Notes: generated from the sequence alone by a model not told the origin. A DNA stretch of 64,000 nucleotides from an uncultured Chloroflexia bacterium (GCA_963713975.1 OY970218.1:1152001-1216000); one strand, 5' to 3'. Positions 9,793 through 20,087 are shown, numbered from the stretch's first letter. Numbers and translations are program-made.

Positions 9793-12129
9793 GTGAGCAT
9801 GCTCAAGCAACTGTCCCGGCAGCGACTGGCAGGGGAGCTCCTCACTGAGGAGATGCGCGCGGCGAGCCGCGGCGCGGCGCCATGCCCGGACGGTCGCGTG
9901 TCGAGGAGCGCGGTCGTCGCCCCACGAGAGATCACGATCGACAACATCCCCGACGCCGTGTTCGCTACCGACCTCGAGAACCGAATCACCCATTGGACCG
10001 ACTCGGCCGCATCGCTGTTCGGCTACGCAGCCGGTGAGGCGGTCGGACGGCCCTTCGGCGAGCTGCTCCCGTCCCGGATGCGCAGTGCCGCCACCGAGGC
10101 GGAGCTGATCGCGGCGGTCAGATCCGGTCGAACCTGGCGTGGCGTTGGCACGGTCCGCCTCCAAGACGGCACGGAGCGTTGGATCGAATCGACCGTCAAA
10201 CCGTGGGTCGACGACGGCAGGATCGTGGGCAGCGTCTCAGTGAGCCGAGACGTTACCGAGACCGTCGAGGAGGAGCTCCGGCTGGCGCAGGAGAGCCGGT
10301 TCGTGAGCGGCGTCCTCGATGTCGCCGGGTCGCTCGTGATCGTGCTCGACCCCACGGGCAACGTCGTACGCTTCAACGCCGCCTGCGAGCAGCTCTCTGG
10401 ATACCGCTCGGAGGACGTGGTGGGACGCCCGATGCGGGCTTTGCTCATTGCGGCCGACGAGCGGGACGGCGTCGATGCGGCGTTCGCGGACCTGCGGGCG
10501 GGCCAGTTCCCGAACGGATACGAGAACCATTGGATCCGGCGTGACGGGACCAGGCGGCTGATCAGCTGGTCCAGCACCTGTCTCACCGATGACGCCGGGG
10601 CCGTCACCCACGTGATCGGGACCGGTACCGACATCACCGAGTCTCGCAGGACCGAGGCAGCGCTTCGCGGGATCGCGCTCGTCAGCCAGGCTCTCGCGAG
10701 CCAGGAACCGACGGCGGAGACGCTCGACGCGGTCCTCGGCGCGCTCGCCGGCGAGATGGGCTACCCGCACCTCCGCCTGCTCATTGTCGAAGGTGACCGG
10801 CTCACGGTGGGCGCAGCGCGCGGCCAGGCCGGGATCCCGGACGGGATCCCGCTGGGTACCGGGATCGTGGGCAGGGTCGCCCGCACGGGAGCCGCAGCGT
10901 GGGTTCGCGACGTTCGATCTGACCCCGACTACCTCGAGACGAACCCCGACGTGCACTGCGAGATCGCCGTTCCGCTGTGTGCCGACGGCAAGACGATTGG
11001 GGTGCTCGACATCGAGGCCACGGCGGAAGTGCCGCTCACCGAGCGTGACCTCCGGCTCGCGCAGACCGTCGCCGAGCGGGTTTCGTCGGCACTCCTTCGC
11101 TGTCGGGAGCAGGAGGCGCTGGCGCAGCGCGCCAACCTGCTGGCCGCGTTGAGCGACTTCGCCCGCGCGACGAACGCCATCCTCGAACCCGAGCGACTGT
11201 CGCCGGCGCTGATGGATGCGCTCCAGAAGATCTTCCCGGGCGACGTCATGACGCTGACCACGCTTGACCGCGAGACCGGGACCTACCGGCTTGCCGCCGC
11301 CCGCGGTGTCGGTAGCTCGAGCCTCGGGGCGGAGGTGCTGGTCGGCGACGGGCCGGCGGGCCGGGCGATCCAGCAGCGTGCGTTCATCGGCCCCGTGAAG
11401 CTGGATCGCGCCGACTACGCACGCGCGGTCCGGAGCGAGATCGTCCCCGAGTCGTTGATCTCCGTGGCAGTGCCGCTCATCCGGGACGACCTCGTCCTGG
11501 GCGCGATCTCGGTCGGTCGGGCGCAGCTCGAGCATCCGTTCACCGCCGTGGAGTGCGAGGTCATGGGGCTCCTCGGCGCGCAGGCCGCACTTGCGCTCGC
11601 GAACGCCCAGCTCCACAGGGAAGTCGCCGAGCTCGCGATCCACGACGGGCTCACGGGCCTCTACAACCGACGCCACTTCGACGTGGCGCTCGACCTCATC
11701 CTCGCACGGTGGCGGCGTCGCGGCCCGGCGGCCGGCCTCGCGGCGATCATGGTCGACCTCGACCACTTCGGGCGGTTCAACAAGGAGTACGGCCACCAGG
11801 CGGGTGACGCAGTTCTCCGGGCGTTCGCGGGCTTGATGCGCGAGCGCCTCCGCTCGAGCGATCTCGTCGCGCGCTATGGGGGCGAGGAGTTCGTGGTAAT
11901 CCTCGAGGACTGTGGGCTCGAGGAGGCGACCCTGGTCGCCGAGGACATCCGATCCTCGTTGGAGGCGCGGATCATCGAGGGCCCGGCCGGAGAGCAGCTC
12001 AGTGCGCGCGTCTCAGCGGGGTGTGCCGCGATCGACCCGACCGAGGCGACGAAGGAGGCACTCCTGCGAGTCGCCGACGCGGCGCTGTTCCGAGCCAAGC
12101 GCAGCGGTCGAAACCGGGTGGCGTCCTGA
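9793..12129 (+). CDS. PAS-PAS-GAF-GAF-GGDEF diguanylate cyclase (start uncertain)
   Basis: Two PAS domains (ITHWTDSAASLFGY; RFNAACEQLSGY), two GAF domains, DGLTGLYNRR, RSSD, RYGGEEF. Confidence 0.92.
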   Translation: MSMLKQLSRQRLAGELLTEEMRAASRGAAPCPDGRVSRSAVVAPREITIDNIPDAVFATDLENRITHWTDSAASLFGYAAGEAVGRPFGELLPSRMRSAATEAELIAAVRSGRTWRGVGTVRLQDGTERWIESTVKPWVDDGRIVGSVSVSRDVTETVEEELRLAQESRFVSGVLDVAGSLVIVLDPTGNVVRFNAACEQLSGYRSEDVVGRPMRALLIAADERDGVDAAFADLRAGQFPNGYENHWIRRDGTRRLISWSSTCLTDDAGAVTHVIGTGTDITESRRTEAALRGIALVSQALASQEPTAETLDAVLGALAGEMGYPHLRLLIVEGDRLTVGAARGQAGIPDGIPLGTGIVGRVARTGAAAWVRDVRSDPDYLETNPDVHCEIAVPLCADGKTIGVLDIEATAEVPLTERDLRLAQTVAERVSSALLRCREQEALAQRANLLAALSDFARATNAILEPERLSPALMDALQKIFPGDVMTLTTLDRETGTYRLAAARGVGSSSLGAEVLVGDGPAGRAIQQRAFIGPVKLDRADYARAVRSEIVPESLISVAVPLIRDDLVLGAISVGRAQLEHPFTAVECEVMGLLGAQAALALANAQLHREVAELAIHDGLTGLYNRRHFDVALDLILARWRRRGPAAGLAAIMVDLDHFGRFNKEYGHQAGDAVLRAFAGLMRERLRSSDLVARYGGEEFVVILEDCGLEEATLVAEDIRSSLEARIIEGPAGEQLSARVSAGCAAIDPTEATKEALLRVADAALFRAKRSGRNRVAS

Positions 12130-12155
12130 TGCGGCCAGCCGGGAATGGCCAGGAT

Positions 12156-12282
12156 TGGCCCGTGGCTGCGCCCGGTCAAAGCCGAAGAACCAGCGATAGT
12201 CGTCGTGGTTCATGACGACGATCGCGGCGATGCCCTGCTCGCTCACCAGCGCCTGGGCACGCTCGATCCGGTCGTAGCGCAC
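12156..12282 (-). pseudogene. N-terminal fragment of an M24 aminopeptidase/creatinase family gene
   Basis: RIERAQALVSEQGIAAIVVMNHDDYRWFFGF resembles Creatinase_N; similarity stops after about 42 codons. Confidence 0.55.
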
Positions 12283-12366
12283 GGGGGCGGGCTGAACCGG
12301 TCGTCACCCTCAGATCGTGCCACGGGATTCCAGGTGGAGCCCCAAGGCGCGGTCCTTAGCATCGTA

Positions 12367-12382
12367 ATCTTGCAACATGCGG
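12367..12382. promoter_or_regulatory. Candidate ArsR operator, copy 1 (ATCTTGCAACATGCGG)
   Basis: Exact 16-bp match to 20088-20103; lies in an AT-rich patch upstream of hyfB. Confidence 0.65.
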
Positions 12383-12448
12383 TATCTTAGATAAAGTCCC
12401 AAGGACAGTCCCACCACGCCGATCGGGGGCTGACCGACCGTCGCGAAG

Positions 12449-14491
12449 GTGGAGCTGCGCTTGATCCCCGCGCCTGATGCCGCCGCGCTTGGTGGCGTCA
12501 TCCCCTGGCTCCTCGGTGCGACGGCCGTTGCGTTCATCGCCGCTACCGTGGCGGCACTCATCCGGCCGATCGCCCCGCTCTCCCCTGCGCTCTCGACCGT
12601 GGGCGGCATCGCGGCCGCGCTATCCGGGGTCGCTCTGCTCGCAGGTGGGAGCCCCCTTGTCGCTCGGGCGGACGCGCTCCTCCTCGGGTCCTCGGTCCTC
12701 GACGTCCACTACGACGGGCTGAGCGGGGCGTTTCTCGTCGCGCTCGGATTCTCCGCGACGGCGGCATCCCTATCGATTGCTGGAGCGCGGGCCCGATCCT
12801 CCCTTGAGGCTGCAGCGTTTCCCGCGTTCCTGCTGAGCATGGTCTTCGTCCTCGGGGCTGCGAACGGGTTTGCCTTCCTCTTTGCCTGGGAGCTGATGGC
12901 CCTCCTCTCCGCCCTGCTCGTGATCGGCCTCCGCCCGAGCCGTGCGGTGGTGTCTGCCGGCTATCTCTACGTCTCGATGACGCACGTTGCGACGGCCGCG
13001 ATCCTGGTCGCGTTCGCCATCCTCACCGCAGCAACCGGGGGCCAGCTCGCGTTCGACGCTTGGCGGGCCGCGGCGTCCACACTGCCGGCCGTGACGCGCG
13101 ACGTCGTCTTCGTCCTGGCGTTCATCGGGTTCGGGACGAAGGCCGGGGCGCTGCCGCTGCACGCCTGGCTTCCGAGAGCCCACCCGGTGGCGCCATCGCA
13201 CGTGTCGGCGGTCATGTCCGGGGTGATGATCAAGACCGGGATCTACGGCCTGATCCGGATCGTGATCGACGTCCTTGGTGGCGGACCTGACTGGTGGGGC
13301 CTCGCGATCCTCGTCGTCGGCGCCCTGTCCGCCGTGCTTGGCATCCTGTACGCATTGATGCAGCACGATCTCAAGCGGCTGCTGGCGTTCAGCAGCATCG
13401 AGAACATCGGGATCATCCTGCTCGGCATCGGCAGCTCCCTGGTCCTGACGGCGCACGGGGCCACCGCCCTCGCGGCGCTCGCGCTCACGGCCGCCCTCTT
13501 CCACTCGGTCAACCACGCCATATTCAAGACGCTGCTCTTCCTTGGCGCCGGGGCTGTCCTCCACGCGACGCGCCTACGCGACCTCAATCGGCTGGGCGGG
13601 CTCGGGCGCGTCATGCCCGTCACGGCGATCACCGTCGGGATCGGAGCGGCGGCGATCAGCGGGCTGCCGCCGCTCAACGGGTTTGCCAGCGAGTGGCTCA
13701 CCTTCCAGGGGCTGCTGGGGACGGTCAGGACGGGTGCGGTGCCACCACCGATCCAGTTCGCCGCCGCAGTGACCATCGGAGCCTTGGCGCTCACGACGGC
13801 ACTGGCGGTCGCCGGCTTCGTGAAGGCCACGGGGATCACCTTCCTGGGGCTGCCGCGGAGCACCGAGGCCGCAACGGCGCACGAGACAGGGCGCCCGGCG
13901 CAGGTTGCCATGACACTCCTCGCGGCAGCGTGCGTGGTGCTTGGCCTGGGCGCGGGTGTCGTGGGTGATGCAATGACGACGGTGTCCCAGGCGATCATCG
14001 GGGCCGCGCCACCTCGGCCGGCCGACCTCGCCGCGGTGGTCTCGCTGCCGCGTTCGAGCATCGCAGCCAGCTACGCGGCATGGGCCGGAGGGCTGCTGGT
14101 CCTCGTCGCCGTCGGTGGCCTGATCGTGCTCGTCGCGCGGGCTCGACAGGGCACCCGTCGCGTTGACACGTGGACGTGCGGGATCGCACCCCAGCCGGCC
14201 TACCAGTACACGGCGACCAGCTTCGCGAAGCCGATCCGACTGTTCTTCCGCCGGATCCTGCTCCCCGAGCGCGAGGTCGAGGTTGAATACCACCCCGGCA
14301 CGCGCTTCCCCGTGTCCATTCGCTACCGGAGCGAGATCACCCTGGTCCTCGAAGACCGCATCTTTCGCCGGGGGCACGACCTGGGCATCCGGCTCTCACA
14401 GCACGCGAGCAGGCTTCAGAACGGGGCGATCCAGCTGTATCTCGCCTACACGGTCGTGACGATCCTGATCCTGCTGTTGTTCGCCCGATGA
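12449..14491 (+). CDS. hyfB: Hydrogenase-4 component B-like antiporter-like membrane subunit
   Basis: FLFAWELM, GFGTKAG, HAWLPRAHPVAPSHVSAVMSG, KRLLAFSSIENIG, WTCG...QYTATSFAKPIR. Confidence 0.9.
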   Translation: MELRLIPAPDAAALGGVIPWLLGATAVAFIAATVAALIRPIAPLSPALSTVGGIAAALSGVALLAGGSPLVARADALLLGSSVLDVHYDGLSGAFLVALGFSATAASLSIAGARARSSLEAAAFPAFLLSMVFVLGAANGFAFLFAWELMALLSALLVIGLRPSRAVVSAGYLYVSMTHVATAAILVAFAILTAATGGQLAFDAWRAAASTLPAVTRDVVFVLAFIGFGTKAGALPLHAWLPRAHPVAPSHVSAVMSGVMIKTGIYGLIRIVIDVLGGGPDWWGLAILVVGALSAVLGILYALMQHDLKRLLAFSSIENIGIILLGIGSSLVLTAHGATALAALALTAALFHSVNHAIFKTLLFLGAGAVLHATRLRDLNRLGGLGRVMPVTAITVGIGAAAISGLPPLNGFASEWLTFQGLLGTVRTGAVPPPIQFAAAVTIGALALTTALAVAGFVKATGITFLGLPRSTEAATAHETGRPAQVAMTLLAAACVVLGLGAGVVGDAMTTVSQAIIGAAPPRPADLAAVVSLPRSSIAASYAAWAGGLLVLVAVGGLIVLVARARQGTRRVDTWTCGIAPQPAYQYTATSFAKPIRLFFRRILLPEREVEVEYHPGTRFPVSIRYRSEITLVLEDRIFRRGHDLGIRLSQHASRLQNGAIQLYLAYTVVTILILLLFAR

Positions 14492-15459
14492 GCGACTTCG
14501 CTGCCGCGAGCGTCAGCAGCACGCTCGTCCTGGTCGTCCTGCAGCTGGGCACGTTCCTTCTCTTCGCGCCACTCCTCGCGGCGACGATCCGGCGGACGAA
14601 GGCGCGCCTCCAGGGCCGTCACGGCCCCCCCCTCATGCAGCCCTATCGCGACTTGGCCAAGTGGTGGGGAAAGGCCCCCCTGGTCGGCGGACCAGCCGGA
14701 CACGTCGCCCGGCTCGCGCCCGCAGTGGTCCTGGCAGCCCTGTTGATCGCATCGCTCCTGGTCCCGTTCTCGGCTGTGCGCCCGCCGCTGCCCGGGTGGG
14801 GCGACCTGTTCGTGGTCGTGGGACTCCTCGCACTCGCCCGGTTCGCGCTGGCCCTCGCCGCGCTTGACTCCGGCAGCGCCTTCGGGGGCATGGGCTCGAG
14901 CCGGGACGCGGCGATCTCGGCCCTCGCAGAACCAGGCCTGGTCCTTGCCCTGGCCGGTGCCGCCGTGGCGGCAGGGTCCAGCAACCTCGCGACCATCAGT
15001 GCGTTCGGCTCCCAGCAGGGCCTGGGCCTCCTCGGGCCGGCGCATCTCCTCGCCGCCGCCGCCTTCGGGATCATCATCGTCGCCGAGACCGGGCACCAGC
15101 CGGTTGACAACCCCGACACGCACCTCGAGCTGACGATGATCCATGAAGGGATGCTCCTCGAAGCATCCGGGCGGTCCCTCGCCACCCTGGTGCTCGGGTC
15201 CGAGATCAAGCTGGTCCTGCTCGCGGCCCTGTTCGCGGCGGCGTTCCTCCCGTTTGGTGCCGCCACCGAGCTCGCCCCGGGCCCGCTGCTCGTCGGGACC
15301 ATCGTCGGGCTGGGCAAGCTGCTCGTGGTTGGCCAGGGTCTTGCGCTGCTCGACGCGTCCGTCGCCAAGATGCGGATCCTCGGGCTCCCGGACCTCATCG
15401 GCACCGCGTCCCTCCTCGCGCTGGCGGGCCTCGGGACGCAACTGCTCCTCACGCCATGA
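14488..15459 (+). CDS. hyfC: HyfC/HycD (NuoH-like) membrane subunit
   Basis: KARLQGRHGPPLMQPYRDLAK, SAFGGMGSSR, PVDNPDTHLELTMIHEGM. Confidence 0.9.
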   Translation: MSDFAAASVSSTLVLVVLQLGTFLLFAPLLAATIRRTKARLQGRHGPPLMQPYRDLAKWWGKAPLVGGPAGHVARLAPAVVLAALLIASLLVPFSAVRPPLPGWGDLFVVVGLLALARFALALAALDSGSAFGGMGSSRDAAISALAEPGLVLALAGAAVAAGSSNLATISAFGSQQGLGLLGPAHLLAAAAFGIIIVAETGHQPVDNPDTHLELTMIHEGMLLEASGRSLATLVLGSEIKLVLLAALFAAAFLPFGAATELAPGPLLVGTIVGLGKLLVVGQGLALLDASVAKMRILGLPDLIGTASLLALAGLGTQLLLTP

Positions 15460-16121
15460 GCCTCGACCCGGTCGCCGCCGCCCACCTCGTCGACGCCTGC
15501 GCTGCCGGCATCGTCGTCGTTGGCATCCTGATCGCCGGCACGCGTTCGATCGGGCGGGCGGTCTGGCTCGTCGCCGTCCAGTCCATCGTCCTCGCTGCGA
15601 TCGGGGTCGGGGTGGGGATCGCCACGGACACAAGCCACCTGGTGCTCGGCGGGGTCCTCGCCGGCGCCACCAAGGGACTCATCATCCCGGTGATCCTCGG
15701 CCGCATCCTGCGCCAGAGCCCCGTGCGCTCAGAGCGGCACCCGTACCTCTCCCCGCGCGCCACGCTCATCGTTGCGGTCGTGATCGTGTTTGTTGCCGAC
15801 GCGGCGGTGGGCGGGGCCACGTTCGGCGGCTCGCTCGACGCACCGCGCGTCCTTCCCGCCGCGGTGGCGGAGATCCTCACGGGCCTGTTGATCGCCATGA
15901 CCCGGCGCAAGGCTCTCTCAATCATCGTGGGCCTGCTCGTGTTCGAGAACGGCCTGGCGCTGACCGCGTTCGGCATGACCTACGGCATGCCCCTCGTGAT
16001 CGAGTTCGGGATCGCATTCGACCTCCTGATCGTGATCGTCGTCGCTTGGGTCTATGCCCGCCGGATGCTGACCATCCTCGGGTCCACGTCGACCGACGAG
16101 TTGCGGAGCCTGCGCGGATGA
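15456..16121 (+). CDS. hyfE: HyfE membrane subunit
   Basis: TKGLIIP, RRKALSIIVGLLVFENG, GMPLVIEFGIAFD. Confidence 0.88.
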   Translation: MSLDPVAAAHLVDACAAGIVVVGILIAGTRSIGRAVWLVAVQSIVLAAIGVGVGIATDTSHLVLGGVLAGATKGLIIPVILGRILRQSPVRSERHPYLSPRATLIVAVVIVFVADAAVGGATFGGSLDAPRVLPAAVAEILTGLLIAMTRRKALSIIVGLLVFENGLALTAFGMTYGMPLVIEFGIAFDLLIVIVVAWVYARRMLTILGSTSTDELRSLRG

Positions 16122-17596
16122 GCGAGCTCCTCGTGGCGGTCCTGCTCCTCGCCCCGATCCTCGGCGGTCTCGTTGCCTGGGGCCGGCGCGGCATGGTCGC
16201 CGAGCGGGTGGCGAAGGTGTCGTTCGCCCTGGCCGCCGTCGCCGGCCTCGCCCTGGCCGGCTTCGCCCTCGTCGACGGCCCAGTCGTGGCGTTCGATACG
16301 ATCGTCGTCCTCGACGCCCTCGGGGCCTATCTCCTGGCCGTCACGATTGCGGTGGCCGCCCTGGCCCTGGGGGCCTCGGCGCGCTACGTCCATCACGAGA
16401 TCGCCTCCGGCGTGCTGCGCCAGCGCGACGAGAGCCGCTACTACGCGCTCCTCCTCGGCTTCGTGGCGAGCCTGCTCGCCGTGCCGCTGCTCGACAACCT
16501 TGGTCTCCTGTGGGTGGCGATCGAGGCCACGACCATCATCTCCGCCCTGCTCGTCGGGATCACGCGGACCCCCGAGGCCATCGAGGCCGCCTGGAAGTAC
16601 CTCGTCCTGGGGACGGTCGGTGTCGGCTTCGCCCTGCTGGCCACGATCCTGGCGTACGCCTCCTCCGTCGGCGTCCTCGGGGACAGTTCGGACGCTCTCA
16701 ACTGGACGCGGCTGGTCTCGATTGCCCCATCGCTCGATCCGAACCTGATCCGCCTGGCGTTCGTGTTTGCGCTGGCCGGCTACGGGACAAAGGCGGGCCT
16801 CGTCCCGTTCCACACCTGGCTGCCGGATGCCCACAGCCAGGCGCCCAGCCCGATCAGCGCCCTGCTGTCGGGCGCCTCCCTCGCCGCGGCCCTCTATGCC
16901 ATGTCGCGCTTCCACCTCGTGGCGATGGGGGCGCTCGGGCAGGACTTCTCGTCCACCCTGCTCGTGGCCTTCGGGCTGCTCAGCCTGGCCGTCGCGGTCC
17001 CGTTCATGGTCGCCCAGGAGGATCTCAAGCGCCTCCTCGCCTATTCCAGCATCGAGCACATGGGCCTGATGACCCTCGGCATCGGGTTCGGTGGCCCGGT
17101 CGCCCTGCTCGGGGTGGTCCTGCACCTAGGGCTCCACGCCCTCCTCAAGGCGACCTTGTTCCTGGCGGCCGGGGAGCTGGTCCAGCAGTTCGGAACGCGG
17201 CGCATCGCTCGAATGAGGGGTGCCCTGCGGGACGCCCCCGGCACCGGCGGCGCACTCGCAGTGGGGATCATCTTCCTGGGCGGACTCCCGCCCTCGGGCG
17301 TCTTCTTCACGGAGTTCGCCATCGTTGTCGGCGGGGTCATGCGGGGTTACACCCTGGCGGCGGCGCTCGCCGCCTTGCTCCTCGCCCTCTCCTTCGTCGC
17401 CATGGCCTCCCATGGCACTCGCATCCTGTGGGGGAAACCGGTGCCCGAGATCACGCTCCATCGTCCGGGTCGGCTTGCGGGCGTGATGCTGGGACTGCCG
17501 CTTGCGATCGTGGCGGTCGTCGGTCTCTGGATGCCCGGGTTGGTACGGGACCTGCTCGTCGGCGTGGGCGCGGTGTTGGGCGGCTCGCGTGGCTGA
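16118..17596 (+). CDS. hyfF: HyfF antiporter-like membrane subunit
   Basis: LWVAIEATT, AIEAAWKY, GYGTKAGLVPFHTWLPDAHSQAPSP, KRLLAYSSIEHMG. Confidence 0.9.
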   Translation: MSELLVAVLLLAPILGGLVAWGRRGMVAERVAKVSFALAAVAGLALAGFALVDGPVVAFDTIVVLDALGAYLLAVTIAVAALALGASARYVHHEIASGVLRQRDESRYYALLLGFVASLLAVPLLDNLGLLWVAIEATTIISALLVGITRTPEAIEAAWKYLVLGTVGVGFALLATILAYASSVGVLGDSSDALNWTRLVSIAPSLDPNLIRLAFVFALAGYGTKAGLVPFHTWLPDAHSQAPSPISALLSGASLAAALYAMSRFHLVAMGALGQDFSSTLLVAFGLLSLAVAVPFMVAQEDLKRLLAYSSIEHMGLMTLGIGFGGPVALLGVVLHLGLHALLKATLFLAAGELVQQFGTRRIARMRGALRDAPGTGGALAVGIIFLGGLPPSGVFFTEFAIVVGGVMRGYTLAAALAALLLALSFVAMASHGTRILWGKPVPEITLHRPGRLAGVMLGLPLAIVAVVGLWMPGLVRDLLVGVGAVLGGSRG

Positions 17597-19220
17597 GCAG
17601 GAGCCCGGCAAGCGTGGGCCAACGGTGAGCTCGCCGGTGACAAACGCGACGTCGGCGACGGTGAGCGAGGCGCTACAGGCGCGACTGGGTCACCCGGTGG
17701 GGGCCTCGGGACCGGTCGACGAGTTGCTCGTGGCCATCCCGCCCGATGAGCTGCCCCACGCCGTGGAGGTGGTCACAGAGCTCGGTGCGATCCACGTGAT
17801 GTTCCTCGGGCTGGACCTGCGCGGCATCGATCCGGCCGGCGCCCTGGCGGTGGAGGAGGTCCTGGCCATCCCTGGTGGACCGATCGTCCGCCTTCGCGCG
17901 TCGGTCGCCGCGGACCGGCCGGCATTCCGATCGATCACGCCCCTCCTCCCCGCTGCCCAGTGGGACGAGCGCGAGGCGCACGATCTGTTCGGGGTCGTCC
18001 CGGTCGGCCACCCGGACCTGCGACCACTGGTGAACCACGAGCCCGTGCCCGGCCTTCCCCACCCGCTGCTCAAGGTCCCGCCCCTCGGCGATACGACGCC
18101 GCCGCCGCCCTTCCGCTCGTTCGTTGCCCATGGCGAGGGCGTCTACGAGCTGCCGGTGGGACCCATCCATGCCGGGATCATCGAGCCCGGGCACTTCCGG
18201 TTCTCCGCCGTGGGGGAATCGATCCTCCATCTCGATCCCCGGCTGTTCTACTCGCATCGGGGGATCGAGAAGCTCGTCGAAGGCCGCCCGTTCGACCGTG
18301 CCCTCGCGATCGTGGAGCGATCCTGCGGCGTGTGCACGGTCACCCACGCGACAGCGTTCAGCCGGGCCGTCGAGCGCCTCACTGAAACGAGGATCCCGCC
18401 GCGGGCGCGTCTGGCCCGCGTCCTCCTCGCGGAGCTGGAGCGCCTCTACAATCACGTCGGCGATCTCGGGAACATCTGCGCGGGCGTGGGCTTCCACTAC
18501 GGGACCTCAGGCCTCGCCTGGCAGAAGGAGCGCCTGCTGCGCCTGAACGAGGCGCTCACCGGCCACCGCTACCTGACCGGGATCGTGGCACCGGGCGGGC
18601 TGCGCGTCGACCTTGACCCGGGCGGGCTGGCATCCCTCGCGGTGTCGGTGCGGGAGATCGACCACGACGTGCGAACGATCGTCCGCCGGCTCGTTCGGTC
18701 GGCCAGCTTCATGAACCGCCTCCACGGGACTGGCATCGTGTCGGCCGCCAAGGCACGACGCCTCGGGGCGGTCGGCGTCGGCGCACGCGCGAGCGGGCTT
18801 GCCCGCGACCTTCGCGCGGACCGGCCCGCCGACGGCTACGAGGAGCTGGAGATCCCGATCGTCACCCAGTCGACCGGCGACGTTGCGGCGCGGTTCCACG
18901 TCCGCGCACAGGAGGAGGCCGTCTCGGCTGGAGTCGTCCAAGACCTCGCCATGCGCCTCCCGAAGGGCCCGGTCCGCGTCCCGCTTGCCACGGCGGCCGA
19001 GTCGGGGGTGTCGACGCTCGCCGGGGCGGAAGGCCCTCGCGGGGCGTCCTGGATCTGGCTGATGGCCGGTGCCGACGGCCGCGTGGAGCGGCTCCACCTG
19101 CGATCCGCGTCCTACGCCAACTGGCCGGTCGTCGCCGCGGCCGTGCCCGGCAACCTCGTGCCCGACTTTCCGCTGATCAACAAGAGCTTCGAGCTCTGCT
19201 ACGCCTGCACGGATCGCTGA
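17589..19220 (+). CDS. hyfG: Group 4 [NiFe]-hydrogenase large subunit (HyfG/HycE-like, NuoC+NuoD fusion)
   Basis: EREAHDLFG...GHPDLRPL, GPIHAGIIEPGHFRF, HRGIEK; L1 ERSCGVC and L2 SFELCYACTDR-stop. Confidence 0.88.
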   Translation: MAEQEPGKRGPTVSSPVTNATSATVSEALQARLGHPVGASGPVDELLVAIPPDELPHAVEVVTELGAIHVMFLGLDLRGIDPAGALAVEEVLAIPGGPIVRLRASVAADRPAFRSITPLLPAAQWDEREAHDLFGVVPVGHPDLRPLVNHEPVPGLPHPLLKVPPLGDTTPPPPFRSFVAHGEGVYELPVGPIHAGIIEPGHFRFSAVGESILHLDPRLFYSHRGIEKLVEGRPFDRALAIVERSCGVCTVTHATAFSRAVERLTETRIPPRARLARVLLAELERLYNHVGDLGNICAGVGFHYGTSGLAWQKERLLRLNEALTGHRYLTGIVAPGGLRVDLDPGGLASLAVSVREIDHDVRTIVRRLVRSASFMNRLHGTGIVSAAKARRLGAVGVGARASGLARDLRADRPADGYEELEIPIVTQSTGDVAARFHVRAQEEAVSAGVVQDLAMRLPKGPVRVPLATAAESGVSTLAGAEGPRGASWIWLMAGADGRVERLHLRSASYANWPVVAAAVPGNLVPDFPLINKSFELCYACTDR

Positions 19221-19222
19221 CC

Positions 19223-19567
19223 ATGCCGCTCGACGTCATCCACCGCCTCCTCACCCCCCTCCGCGCCCCGATCGTCACGTCGCACTACCCGGACGAGCCA
19301 CCGCTGCTGCCGGATGCGGCACGCGGGCTTCCCGAGGTCGATCCCGCGCGCTGTGAACGTGACGGCGCGTGCGTCAACGCCTGCCCGACCGGCGCCATCC
19401 AGCTGGCCGCGACCGGCTGGTCAATCGACGCCGGCCGCTGTGTCTTCTGCGGCCTCTGTGCCGACGCGTGCCAGCCGGGGGCGATCCGGCTCGGACGGCG
19501 CATCGAGCTGGCGGCATCAGACCGGACGGCCCTCGTGGAGCTATCGGGCCTTGGGAACCGACCGTGA
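19223..19567 (+). CDS. 2x[4Fe-4S] ferredoxin subunit (HyfH/NuoI-like)
   Basis: CERDGACVNACP and CVFCGLCADACQ; the first cluster has Asp in place of the second Cys. Confidence 0.88.
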   Translation: MPLDVIHRLLTPLRAPIVTSHYPDEPPLLPDAARGLPEVDPARCERDGACVNACPTGAIQLAATGWSIDAGRCVFCGLCADACQPGAIRLGRRIELAASDRTALVELSGLGNRP

Positions 19568-20049
19568 GCGCCGAACCGGTCGCCGATGCGACGCGGGCCG
19601 ACGATCGTCTTCGGGCGTGGATCGCCCGGCACCTGGGCAGGTCGCTGCACGTACGCCACCTCGATGCCGGCTCGTGCAACGGCTGCGACTGGGAGATCGC
19701 GGCACTCCTCAATCCCTACCACGACGTGCAGCGCCTGGGGATCGACTTCGTCGCATCGCCGCGCCACGCTGACCTGCTGCTCGTCACGGGGATCATGACC
19801 CGCAACCTCGAGGAGGCGGCGCGACGGACATACGATGCGATGGCGGAGCCGAGGCTGGTTGTCGCTGTCGGTGCGTGTGCGATCAGTGGCGGCGTCTTCG
19901 CCGGCAGCTACGCCGGCCGAGACGGTATCGGCGGGACGCTGCCGGTCGATGTCTTCGTTCCGGGCTGCCCACCGCGGCCAGAGGCGATCATCGAGGGCAT
20001 CCTCATGGCGGTCGGCAGACGCGATCCTCGTCGCGGCCGGAGCGGCTGA
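19564..20049 (+). CDS. hyfI: Hydrogenase small subunit (HyfI/NuoB-like)
   Basis: GSCNGCDWEI, SPRHADLLLVTG, VGACAISGG, VPGCPPRP. Confidence 0.9.
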   Translation: MSAEPVADATRADDRLRAWIARHLGRSLHVRHLDAGSCNGCDWEIAALLNPYHDVQRLGIDFVASPRHADLLLVTGIMTRNLEEAARRTYDAMAEPRLVVAVGACAISGGVFAGSYAGRDGIGGTLPVDVFVPGCPPRPEAIIEGILMAVGRRDPRRGRSG

Positions 20050-20087
20050 CGCGTGGGACTGGGCACCGTCCCGCTCGTAATATCCAT

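Noticed and set aside
12449-20049. Operon as respiratory complex I (nuo) or Mrp antiporter
   Set aside because: It has a HyfE subunit, hyf gene order and Ni-binding CxxC motifs, and lacks nuoA/J/E/F/G.
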